A stretch of 64,000 nucleotides of DNA from Porticoccaceae bacterium. GTDB lineage: Bacteria; Pseudomonadota; Gammaproteobacteria; Pseudomonadales; Porticoccaceae. The notes under the pieces are model-generated. The model was not told the origin of the DNA and did no database searches. It was given only the letters and a program-made list of their open reading frames with translations. Of the stretch, positions 1-7,723 are shown piece after piece (the first letter of the stretch is position 1; the number at the start of each line of letters is the position of its first letter). Where the stretch lies: positions 7,231-71,230 of the forward strand of contig JBFWOQ010000006.1 in assembly GCA_050250395.1 (NCBI GenBank), written 5' to 3'. The position numbers and the translations under genes are program-made.

Positions 1-94
1 TTAGCAGTGAACCGTGAAAGTGCGCCGGCTCCCTCGGACTGCTTCACAACCAGAGCACAGGCGATGCCCGACGCCGCAGGGCACCATCATTTGG

Positions 95-123
95 TTGACG
101 ATGGGCAAAGCCGCTTTTATCAT
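95..123 (+). promoter_or_regulatory. Candidate sigma70 promoter for tRNA-Asn (TTGACG-17 nt-TATCAT, followed by a GC-rich discriminator)
   Basis: TTGACG at 95-100 and TATCAT at 118-123 with a 17-nt spacer. The GC-rich stretch gcgccccctgcc follows, and the tRNA 5' end is at 138. Confidence 0.55.
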
Positions 124-137
124 GCGCCCCCTGCCAC

Positions 138-213
138 TCCGCCTTAGCTCAGTCGGTAGAGCAAATGACTGTTAATCATTGGGTCGCTGGTTCGAGCCCA
201 GCAGGCGGAGCCA
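138..213 (+). tRNA. tRNA-Asn (anticodon GTT), 76 nt with encoded CCA
   Basis: The acceptor stem tccgcct pairs with aggcgga. The D-loop is agctcagtcggtagagc, the anticodon loop is ctGTTaa and the T-arm is ggttcgagccc. Overall it is close to the canonical bacterial tRNA-Asn. Confidence 0.93.
168..213 (+). repeat. attL core: 46-bp direct repeat (3' half of tRNA-Asn), identical to 9638..9683
   Basis: A base-by-base comparison shows actgttaatcattgggtcgctggttcgagcccagcaggcggagcca at both positions. The flanking bases differ on both sides. Confidence 0.9.
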
Positions 214-235
214 AGAAAAACAAGTAGTTACAAGC

Positions 236-259
236 ACCCGGCACCAAGCCGGGTTTTTT
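236..259 (+). terminator. Rho-independent terminator downstream of tRNA-Asn (supplied by the island side of attL)
   Basis: The stem cccggc/gccggg has the loop accaa and is followed by a T6 run (254-259). Confidence 0.7.
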
Positions 260-305
260 GTGTCCGCACTGTGTCCGCAACGGTAGCGGCGGCCGACACG
301 GACAC
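260..305 (+). repeat. Motif cluster A: GTGTCCGCAC-T-GTGTCCGCAA (11-bp phase) plus one inverted copy (cacggacac, 297-305)
   Basis: Read directly from the sequence. The same core GTGTCCG(C/T)A recurs at 4907..4928 and 9488..9509. Confidence 0.8.
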
Positions 306-392
306 GCGACCTTGATCGACATCCGCTTGATCCTCCGCCGTGTTCCTGCACCGCAGCCGCGCATTGGCTGAGATTCGCTCGCGCAGCCAGAG

Positions 393-848
393 TTAGCCGT
401 CGCCGTCCGTCCCGCTGAACTTCAGCGCCGCCGCAATCGCCTCATCGCTCAGGCCGGCCTCCTTGGCGCGCGCCAGTCCCTCGATGATGCCCGACAGCGC
501 CCTTGCACGGCCGCCCGCGTCATACGCCTGCAACGGTTGCAGGATGTCGATGCTCACCGTCTGACCGAGCTTCTCGCTCGCCTCCGCCGCCATCAGCCGC
601 GCGATAGGCTGAAGCATCCAAACCGCCAGGTGCCGCTGCGCCTCGCGCACCACCGGCCCGGTCGTCTTCGGGTCCATTAGCGCCGGCAGCACGCCATAGA
701 CGCCCATCACCGCCGCACGGGCCGCCTCCAGGGTCTCGACTGTCATGGACCGCGACAGGTCCGGCGACAGGTCGGACGGCCGCCAGTCCGTTACCGGTAC
801 CGGCGCACCCGCCGCGACCTCGTCGAAGCCGCCATTCTGGCCTATCAC
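393..848 (-). pseudogene. Phage portal protein, C-terminal fragment only (N-terminus missing)
   Basis: The translation WRPSDLSPD...AARAAVMGVYGVLPALMD...EAQRHLAVWMLQPIARLMAAEASEKL follows the conserved C-terminal pattern of HK97/GTA-type portals (W.P..LSP.D, A.GVPP.L, EA.R.FW...L.P). The ORF is only 151 aa, whereas portals are about 400 aa, and it opens on an arbitrary GTG. Confidence 0.45.
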
Positions 849-898
849 GATATGGCGTTACAGGGTAACAGTCGGCAGGACTGAATGGCGTCAGGCGC

Positions 899-1093
899 TC
901 AAAACGCCTTTGGCAGTCCAGCGTCCTTGAGGATGCCGTTCGCCGTGTGGCGCGACTTGATCTTGACGGGGACGGTAAAGGGGCTGGGGGTGTGCGGGCT
1001 GCTCCACACTTCATGGTCACCGCGCCCCAGCCGGAGACGCGTGCAGCCATTCTCCTTCAGGATTTCGCGGACCGGCTTTCCGTAGTCATTCAC
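899..1093 (-). CDS. hicA: Type II toxin HicA (YcfA-like mRNA interferase), 64 aa
   Basis: GDHEVWSSPHTPSPFTVPVKIKSRHTANGILKDAGL matches the HicA pattern (GSHh..., tvP.h..., ...ilkqaGl). Its GTG start overlaps the upstream stop (GTGA). Confidence 0.8.
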   Translation of the reverse strand: MNDYGKPVREILKENGCTRLRLGRGDHEVWSSPHTPSPFTVPVKIKSRHTANGILKDAGLPKAF

Positions 1094-1335
1094 GCGGCCG
1101 TAAGGCGAACGCGGGTGCTGGCGTGTGCGATCAGCTCGACAGGCACGTCGTAACCGCCGTCACCGAGTCCGCCGCCCGTTTCCAGCAGGTCCAGGATTGC
1201 ACCCGGCAGTTTCGCGGTAAGGGTCTCCAGAGAATCGGCTTCCAGATTCAGGCCGGGCACGTCGCTGGACTCGACAAACCACACGCCCGCCTCTTGGTCG
1301 TGCGCGGCCTTCACAATAATCACGTTTCCGCCCAT
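1090..1335 (-). CDS. hicB: HicB-type antitoxin (DUF1902-like N-terminal domain), 81 aa
   Basis: VKAAHDQEAGVWFVESSDVPGLNLEADSLETLTAKLPGAILDLLE is the typical DUF1902/HicB signature. The gene is translationally coupled to hicA. Confidence 0.75.
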   Translation of the reverse strand: MGGNVIIVKAAHDQEAGVWFVESSDVPGLNLEADSLETLTAKLPGAILDLLETGGGLGDGGYDVPVELIAHASTRVRLTAA

Positions 1336-1948
1336 GTCCCTACCTCAGCCAGCACCATGGCGTATCAAGCAGCGCCAGTGTATTCCGGTTCACTCGGGTG
1401 CGCTATATCGTGAGACTGTATACCCATGCCCGCTGACAGCCAGACGGGACGCTTGGCACCAGTGACCCCACAATCGTCGCCCAATCTGGCGGCTGGTGCG
1501 CCGGTAGACCTCGGCAGTTAAAAAAATACCCGCCAACGAATGTCACTCTCGCCTTCGCCCTTCGCTGCGCTCGGGAACCGAGTGCCTTGCGGCAGCGTCG
1601 CAATCCTTGCCGCCACCATCGCACGTGCCTGAATCAGCCGCTCGCAATTTTGGCGAAACGGCCCAAGCCGATATCCAAAAACACCTCGAAGCCCGCCGCT
1701 GGCGCCACCACTGCGCCCCGCTCGACGTGCTCAGGCCGCGTCAGCGCCCCAGCAGACAGCGCGGACGCTGGATAGAGGATTGCTCGGCCCCGCGATTGTC
1801 GCGGCTGTCGCGCCTTCTGGTGCGCTTGTGGTGGCCCTGAATCGCAGCCGCCCATTCGCCGGCATGGTGATGGCACCGACAACGGGAGCGGCAATCAGCG
1901 CGCGGAATGCCGTCACGTCCTGCCGCTCGCGCCTGCGCTCCTCGATGA

Positions 1949-2266
1949 TCAAAAGTACAGCCGCCACTTGATCTCGCCAGCGCCGCCAGCAAACAGAAGC
2001 CAATCGCGCTCAAACTCGCTGCCGAACCAACGCAATCCCAACTCCTCGCTGCCGAAGCGGCAAACCGTGCCGTCCGCCGCGATATGCGGACTGTCCAGTC
2101 GCTTCAACCGAAGATTGCCGAACACCGGGCGGGTATGGCCGTTCAGTTTCAGCACCCGCCCAGGCTGGCCAACCCGGGCGAACACAAAGCGCCATTCGTG
2201 GTGCCAATGCGCCAACTCAGTCAATGTGCCACAAAGTTCCGAGCCGTAGGCGAAGGCCTCGTCCAT
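1949..2266 (-). CDS. Hypothetical protein, 105 aa (island cargo)
   Basis: The ATG start lies 3 nt after the stop of the upstream ORF. Third-position GC is high. I recognise no family. Confidence 0.55.
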   Translation of the reverse strand: MDEAFAYGSELCGTLTELAHWHHEWRFVFARVGQPGRVLKLNGHTRPVFGNLRLKRLDSPHIAADGTVCRFGSEELGLRWFGSEFERDWLLFAGGAGEIKWRLYF

Positions 2267-2269
2267 GTG

Positions 2270-2995
2270 TCAGCCCTCCAGCACGCGACGAATGGCCGCG
2301 CTCGCCACATCCTGCCGCTTCTGCCACTCCGCCGCCTCGTCCGGCTGCGCACCCACCGCGGCAATCAGCTCACCGCGCACCAGTGCGCTGTTGTTCACCA
2401 GAATGTCGCGACTGCGACGCAAAACCTCCAGCTTCTCGGCGGAATCCGGATTCCTGCTCTTGTGGTACATGCTCAACAGCGTTTGCTGCATGTCTGCCTG
2501 TAATCCGGACAGATACGGCGGCGCACCCAGGATGGCAGTTGCCGTGATGTCGTCGCCGTTCTGAATCGCCATACGGGCGGCGGACGACCGTTCCGAAGTG
2601 GACAGGCCCTTGAAGTGCGCGCGAATCTCCTGCGCCACCGGACGCGCCGCCTGCTCGGTCACCGGCGCACTCAATGCCGCCTCCAGCGCGCCGATGTCCG
2701 ACTCCAGCCGGCTCAGGTGCTCCGTCATGCGCTGGCCGATCCGCGCCCCCAGCTTCTCCGCGGTCTTCGCCAGTTGAACAGCCCGCGCTTCTGGCGTGCT
2801 CGTCGGGTCCTGCTCCAGCGCCTGCCGAGCAGCATGCAAGCGCGCCAGGTCCTGATGCAGCCCAGCAAACAGCGTCACGGTCGGTTTGGCGTGTTCCTGT
2901 GCAGCGGCGCTTTTTGTCTCGCCGAGAATCTGGCCCTCCACTGCGCGCGCGTCAAAGCTCGGCGTGATTCTGATATCAATTTTTTCGTCTGCCAT
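2270..2995 (-). CDS. Hypothetical, predicted all-helical protein, 241 aa (island cargo)
   Basis: The ATG at 2995 is preceded by GAGGTG 5 nt upstream. The ORF-track start at 3025 is less likely. I recognise no family. Confidence 0.6.
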   Translation of the reverse strand: MADEKIDIRITPSFDARAVEGQILGETKSAAAQEHAKPTVTLFAGLHQDLARLHAARQALEQDPTSTPEARAVQLAKTAEKLGARIGQRMTEHLSRLESDIGALEAALSAPVTEQAARPVAQEIRAHFKGLSTSERSSAARMAIQNGDDITATAILGAPPYLSGLQADMQQTLLSMYHKSRNPDSAEKLEVLRRSRDILVNNSALVRGELIAAVGAQPDEAAEWQKRQDVASAAIRRVLEG

Positions 2996-3071
2996 AAAAA
3001 TCACCTCGTTAAAAGTCTGATTCAAATCCGCGATATTTTCGGATTTCCAAATCCGTCAATTTGACGGTTCT

Positions 3072-4472
3072 TCACGTCGGCCAGCGCAGATCGATAAACG
3101 TCGCATACTCCTGCGCGGTCAGGGCATAGCGGGTTGCGTCTCCGGCATGATCAGGGCCACGGCTGTCGACATCCTCAGTCCGCCGCGGATCGCGCCCCAG
3201 GTAGGGCACCGTCTGCCACCAGTAACTGCACGCGCGCGAGATATACAGGCCGGGCACGTCCGGCTTGCCGGCGTCAGCCAGCAACCGCCGCATACGCTCC
3301 CAGCCCGCCACCCGATCACCTTTGCCGGCCGGCTCGAAATACACACCGGCGCGGCTGAACTCGTCGGCAATCGATCCCGCCGTGTGTCCGTGCTGGCTGA
3401 AAATGGCGTCGTCCGCCGTGCCGCTGGGATCGACACCCCACCGCCGAGCGAACGCTTTGATCTCGTCCGCCAGACGCGAAACGGTATAGCCCATGCCCTT
3501 GTTCGGATCGTTCGGATCGACGGTAGCCAGCTCGTCCACCAGGATCATGGAACCGCGCGGATACCAGCGGCCGTCCGGTCCCGTATCCCCCGGACTCTTG
3601 GCCGTCAAGTAAGTCACCGATGGCGCCGCGCTGCCGTAGTCATGCGCAAGCCGCATGCGCCAGCCGCGATGCTTCCAGTCTTGCGGCAGGCTGGCCCAGG
3701 GATCGACGGCGTTGCGGGATTCTTCGATTACCGGCCCGAAGTAGGCGCCGCGGGCAATCGCCCAATCACCATGCAGCCAGGCGCGCAGCAACTCAGGGTC
3801 CGCCGCACAGGACGCCCGCAGTTGCTCGACGTAGCCGCTTTGGTCGATGTTCGGGTTATCGGCATGGGTACTGGGACAGCTCACCCACTGGCGGCCACTG
3901 GTAGCCTCAAGGAACGGCGCCCAGGGTGCGGAGCGGAACACATAGCGTTGCGACAGCCAGGCATGGCCGACACCCCCGGGATTCGCAGCCATCACCACCC
4001 GGACGGGTGCCGTAGCGCTTCTCAGGTTGCTACGGAGGCGGTCCAGGTCCGCCGCTGTCGCCCACTCGCCAGCCTCGTCGATCAGCAACAGGGAGAAGCT
4101 GCGGCCCTGAAACTTGCTGTAATCCGCCGGACCGTCCATCTGCGCCAGCTCAAGGTAGCCGCCGCCAGGCAGACGCCAGACGTGCTCAGCCTGGTTGAAT
4201 CGTGCGCCTTGGCCATACACCAGCGCGAACAAATCGCGCAGCATGAGTTCGTAGTCCGCCAATGCCTTGTAGGTGCGCCTGATGTACAAGACGCGTGCAC
4301 CCCTGCCGTACTGGTTCGCATGGCGCAATGCCAGCAGCGCCAAGGCGTAGGACTTGCCACCACCGCGGCCGCCTCCCAGGAACACGTCGAAGGCCTCGGG
4401 CACCAACAGCACCCGCTGCTGAAACGGCGACGGCTGGATAGGCGATTGCTCAGCCTTTTTCGAGCGCGACAT
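3072..4472 (-). CDS. Phage terminase large subunit, 466 aa
   Basis: It has a Walker A-like FLGGGRGGGKSYAL, then LLLIDEAGEW, then a C-terminal nuclease-like region. The start MSRSKK at 4472 was chosen because the 112-aa upstream extension in the ORF track is R/P/S-rich junk that overlaps terS. Confidence 0.8.
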   Translation of the reverse strand: MSRSKKAEQSPIQPSPFQQRVLLVPEAFDVFLGGGRGGGKSYALALLALRHANQYGRGARVLYIRRTYKALADYELMLRDLFALVYGQGARFNQAEHVWRLPGGGYLELAQMDGPADYSKFQGRSFSLLLIDEAGEWATAADLDRLRSNLRSATAPVRVVMAANPGGVGHAWLSQRYVFRSAPWAPFLEATSGRQWVSCPSTHADNPNIDQSGYVEQLRASCAADPELLRAWLHGDWAIARGAYFGPVIEESRNAVDPWASLPQDWKHRGWRMRLAHDYGSAAPSVTYLTAKSPGDTGPDGRWYPRGSMILVDELATVDPNDPNKGMGYTVSRLADEIKAFARRWGVDPSGTADDAIFSQHGHTAGSIADEFSRAGVYFEPAGKGDRVAGWERMRRLLADAGKPDVPGLYISRACSYWWQTVPYLGRDPRRTEDVDSRGPDHAGDATRYALTAQEYATFIDLRWPT

Positions 4473-4893
4473 GCGACTCCGCCAGCAATGCGGGCTCAGC
4501 AGGCAGCGGACGCGCGTCCAGGGCAAGCTTCTGGTACTGGTCGGCGGACATGGCAGACGGGATGGACAGGACAACTTGCACGCTGGCGCCAGACTCACCG
4601 GCCGCTGGTGCGTTCTCCCTGTAGCTGTGCCTCGTCCGCAGCAAGAACTTGCAGGCGTCGAGATTGCCGAGAACGGCCTCGGCGTACAAAACGCCGTAGA
4701 GCTTGTCGTGCTCAGCGGCCAGGCCTTCTTCCCAGACTTGCCGCGCCGTCGGGTTGTTTCGCTTGATGGCCAGCCAGGTGCGCAGCGGCAAGCCCAGCTC
4801 CCTGGCAATGTCCGAATCCTTCAAGCCGTGCGATGCGCAATGCTTGATGATTTCCAGCGCGCCCCGCGGCAAAGTCTTACGCGGTCGTCCCAT
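4450..4893 (-). CDS. Putative terminase small subunit (HTH protein), 147 aa
   Basis: It lies immediately upstream of terL and overlaps it by 23 nt. The N-terminal HTH-like segment is GLKDSDIARELGLPLRTWLAIKRNN. The start MGRPRK is preceded by the gggggtttttg RBS region. Confidence 0.6.
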   Translation of the reverse strand: MGRPRKTLPRGALEIIKHCASHGLKDSDIARELGLPLRTWLAIKRNNPTARQVWEEGLAAEHDKLYGVLYAEAVLGNLDACKFLLRTRHSYRENAPAAGESGASVQVVLSIPSAMSADQYQKLALDARPLPAEPALLAESHVALEKG

Positions 4894-4906
4894 CAAAAAC
4901 CCCCTT

Positions 4907-4928
4907 GTGCGGACACTATGCGGACACA
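4907..4928 (-). repeat. Motif cluster C: TGTGTCCGCA-TA-GTGTCCGCAC (read on the minus strand), 14-35 nt upstream of the terS ATG
   Basis: The plus strand reads gtgcggacac ta tgcggacaca. This is the same core as clusters A and B but in inverted orientation. Confidence 0.8.
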
Positions 4929-5169
4929 ACGTCCGGACTACCGCACCATTAGACACCAGAAACGCGATAAAACGCTATGCATACAGTGCAATCACAAGCA
5001 TGTTACGGCGAACTTATCGCAGTGAAGCGGTGATTAGGAATCACTGCGTCTTTCGATGCCGGCCGGAAAACAGCGGACGCCAGCACGACGGCCACGATGG
5101 ATAGGGATTGGCGCGCTGTAATCGCCGTCACGCGATGTCTGCCTGTCCCGTAATCGCGTCCTGCGCTGT

Positions 5170-5601
5170 CTACAGCACTGGAGCTTGTGGAGCTTGTGGA
5201 GCTTCTTTCCGGCTCTTGCACGCATGGATGAAGTGGGCTCGATAGATGCGGTTTGGCGCGTCTCCCGTCCAGCCAGTGAAGTCTCGTAATCCGCCCGTGT
5301 TACCGGGTAACAAGGTGTTACGACTGACGCCACCGGCAGCCCGCGCCGAGGCACCGCCGGCAATGCGCTGCAACGCCGAACACCAGACAACCACCTCGCC
5401 CTCGGTCATCACGAACAGAGGCGAGCGCAGCCACACACGCGGCCCGACGGTTCGCCCTGGACGTTCGTACGCGATGGCCACCCCGAGCACGCCGAGCCAT
5501 TCCGGCGGCGGTTGGCGCTCGATCCGCGAAGGCACCACCAGGCACAGGTCGCCTGGACGAATGGCGCGCCCGTCGCGGTCATAGCCGATTACCGCAGTCA
5601 T
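5170..5601 (-). CDS. Hypothetical protein, 143 aa, with a C-terminal (E/Q)AP x3 repeat from a 9-bp x3 tandem repeat at 5180..5206
   Basis: The ATG at 5601 overlaps the stop of the upstream ATPase gene (ATGA). I recognise no family. Confidence 0.5.
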   Translation of the reverse strand: MTAVIGYDRDGRAIRPGDLCLVVPSRIERQPPPEWLGVLGVAIAYERPGRTVGPRVWLRSPLFVMTEGEVVVWCSALQRIAGGASARAAGGVSRNTLLPGNTGGLRDFTGWTGDAPNRIYRAHFIHACKSRKEAPQAPQAPVL

Positions 5602-6941
5602 GGCGCACCGCAGTAGCAGTCGCCATCGCCGAAGCACTTCGGGCATTCGCCGTGCGCGCGCCCCCCTATAACCCCCCGGCGCATTCGCCGATACGCCGTA
5701 GGGACGGCGTCTGGCGAATCAGAATTGCGTGCTTCTGATTCATTCGCCGATTCGCCGATGACACCTAAGCCATTGGCTGCGCAGTCTTTCGGGACAAGCG
5801 TTGCCGTTCTATGGCCGTCGGTGCGTCGAATGCTGCCCTCGGCGACAAGCTGCATTCGCCGCAGCGTTTCGATATGGCGCCAAAATTGGTCTCTGGCGGC
5901 CTTGCCGGAGCGCTTGTCAGCACGCAGGGATTCAGGAAAGGCGTCGGCCTCGCGCAGCACGTGGTAGGCCGTGCGCCGCCCGGTAGTCGCCGCTGGGCAG
6001 TAGTCGCCGGACGCCACCACCTCGCGCAGTGCCGCAAGAATCCCGTCGCGCTCCTGCACATCTCGCGCGCGTCTGTCGAATGTGCTGGCGCCCTCCATCC
6101 AGCCATTGAACAGGTGCGCATCGGCGTCCCAACGAAAGCGTATCGTCTGGTTGATGTTGCCGTGGTTGGACTTTTGCAACGCCAGCAGCAGGTCGCCCGT
6201 GCCCTCGTCGGCCGTCTCGCGGTGCAGATACCAGCGGGCGCGGACAGCGTTGTGCCATCCGGTGCTGCCGCTGTAGCCCTCGCTGGTGGCCGAAGTTGAC
6301 GCGCTGGCCTTGTTGACATGAGCGACCAGCAAGACGGATCCGCGGTCCTCTCGGATCAGCGCCACCAATGCATTGACGTAGCGCTTCGCCTCGGAGCGGT
6401 CGTTCTCGCCGCCGCCAAAGGTGTCGGTTACGCCGTCCACGACGACAAGCTCTGCGCCGCTTTTCTCGATACGCCGGCTCAGCTCGTGATAGGGCGGCAG
6501 GACGCCAATGCCCAGCGGGTCGCGGCCGAAAAGAATCGTGTCGCGGCCCACCAGGTCCAGCACGTCCAGCCGCTCGGCCAGGCAGCCCATATCGACGCCC
6601 AGGCGGTCGCAGATGCGGCGAAGTCGCCAGTGAATGATGCTGCCGCGGTCCTCGCAGCTCAGATACAGCACACGCCGTTCAGCCACTGGCAGGCCGCACC
6701 AGTCGCTGCCTGTGGCAATCGCCACCGCCAGTTGCAAGGCGATGCCGGACTTGCCAGCGCCGCCGTGGCCGGCCAGCAGCGTCGCGTAGCCGCACGGCAA
6801 CCAGTCGGGAATAATCATGGCCGGCGGTTCGGGGTCGCGTTTTGCCAGTTCGCGCAAGTCCAGCGGCTCGGGCCAGGTGGCGCCACTGTCTGCCTGCGGC
6901 GCCTCGACCCCTGCCATAAAGCCAGACCCCCAGGCGCTCAT
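5598..6941 (-). CDS. RepA-like AAA ATPase (AAA_25-type, replicative helicase-like), 447 aa
   Basis: It has a Walker A LLAGHGGAGKSGIAL, a Walker B LVVVDGVTD and VLLVAHVNKA, as in RSF1010 RepA-like island ATPases. The start MSAWGS at 6941 overlaps the upstream ORF stop (ATGA). Confidence 0.75.
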   Translation of the reverse strand: MSAWGSGFMAGVEAPQADSGATWPEPLDLRELAKRDPEPPAMIIPDWLPCGYATLLAGHGGAGKSGIALQLAVAIATGSDWCGLPVAERRVLYLSCEDRGSIIHWRLRRICDRLGVDMGCLAERLDVLDLVGRDTILFGRDPLGIGVLPPYHELSRRIEKSGAELVVVDGVTDTFGGGENDRSEAKRYVNALVALIREDRGSVLLVAHVNKASASTSATSEGYSGSTGWHNAVRARWYLHRETADEGTGDLLLALQKSNHGNINQTIRFRWDADAHLFNGWMEGASTFDRRARDVQERDGILAALREVVASGDYCPAATTGRRTAYHVLREADAFPESLRADKRSGKAARDQFWRHIETLRRMQLVAEGSIRRTDGHRTATLVPKDCAANGLGVIGESANESEARNSDSPDAVPTAYRRMRRGVIGGRAHGECPKCFGDGDCYCGAP

Positions 6942-7183
6942 GGCACACCTCGCGCGCTGTGCTGCGGCGGGCGCTCGATCGCATCGGCCCACCATTCGGA
7001 CAAAACGCGCTCGCCGTCGAACAGCACCAGCCCGGCCACACCAGCCGCTGCCATCTCCATGCCCAGTTCGTGCAGGGTTTCGTGGTCGGCGATCTCGTCG
7101 GGCGGCGGCGTGCAGCGCACAAACTGGCCGCGCACTATGGACCAGTCGAAACGGTCGGGCGGCTCGCCGTCGGGGAGCGCCAA
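6938..7183 (-). CDS. Hypothetical small protein, start uncertain (TTG at 7183 is the minimal version; the ORF stays open up to 7429)
   Basis: Its stop is coupled (ATGA) to the repA-like start. The upstream part of the open frame is R-rich junk that overlaps alpA. Confidence 0.35.
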   Translation of the reverse strand: MALPDGEPPDRFDWSIVRGQFVRCTPPPDEIADHETLHELGMEMAAAGVAGLVLFDGERVLSEWWADAIERPPQHSARGVP

Positions 7184-7380
7184 AACGTTCGCAGCCGGCG
7201 GCTGAACGGGCGGCCAACCTAGGCAGATGATTGCGCACTGGCGCGGTCCCAGCCTGAATTGCCGGCTGAAGGGCGGTTTACGCCGTCGCTGAGGGGCGGT
7301 AGACTGGCGGTGCTGTTGCTGTTTTGATAAGGCCTCCGCGCCCGGTGCCGCCGCCACGGCCCGGGCGTTTTTCGTGGCGC

Positions 7381-7590
7381 TCACCGCGCACCGCCTCGGG
7401 CAAGGTCGGCCACGGGCTCGACGACACATGAGTCAATGAACTCGTCGAGGTCGCGTTTGCGGTAGTAGACAAATTTTCCGACCTTCACATAGCGCGGAGG
7501 CAGCCCCAGGTGGCGCCGCTTCGCATAGTTGGACTTAGAATGTCCGGTGTACTTGCATGCCCGGTCTGGGTTGTATAAATCTTCTCGCAT
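7381..7590 (-). CDS. alpA: AlpA-family (phage/island) transcriptional regulator or excisionase-like HTH protein, 69 aa
   Basis: MREDLYNPDRACKYTGHSKSNYAKRRHLGLPPRYVKVGKFVYYRKRDLDEFI is the typical Phage_AlpA pattern (short, HTH, ...V.YR..DL..w). An AT-rich upstream region precedes the gene. Confidence 0.75.
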   Translation of the reverse strand: MREDLYNPDRACKYTGHSKSNYAKRRHLGLPPRYVKVGKFVYYRKRDLDEFIDSCVVEPVADLARGGAR

Positions 7591-7723
7591 TTTTTGGCAC
7601 CTTTGCGCTGTCGCGCGTTTCCGTTGGTGCCCGTTATAGTTAGACACAAATTCCCGAACGTAAAAAAAACAACTCAGCCACAAACCGGGTTTGTAACTGA
7701 TAACTTTTTTTTTGACGTTGTGG

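Noticed and set aside
1-90. A 29-aa Cys-rich minus-strand ORF (MMVPCGVGHRLCSGCEAVRGSRRTFTVHC) at the window edge.
   Set aside because: It is too short, has no visible RBS and abuts the candidate tRNA promoter. Sequence alone cannot support it.
1336-1633. ORFs in the roughly 300-bp gap upstream of hicB (1403..1624, 1587..1775 and 1607..1840).
   Set aside because: The translations are R/C/P-rich with poor third-position GC bias. The region more likely holds the hicBA promoter and degraded sequence.
3072-4808. N-terminal extensions of many ORF-track entries. Examples are terL from 4808, repA-like from 7238, rluB from 26250, prpB from 57638, HAD from 23547, trmL from 40785 and phhB from 48056.
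   Set aside because: The extensions are R/P-rich junk, overlap upstream genes and often begin at TTG or GTG. Internal ATGs give canonical N-termini, normal protein lengths and ATGA/GTGA coupling.
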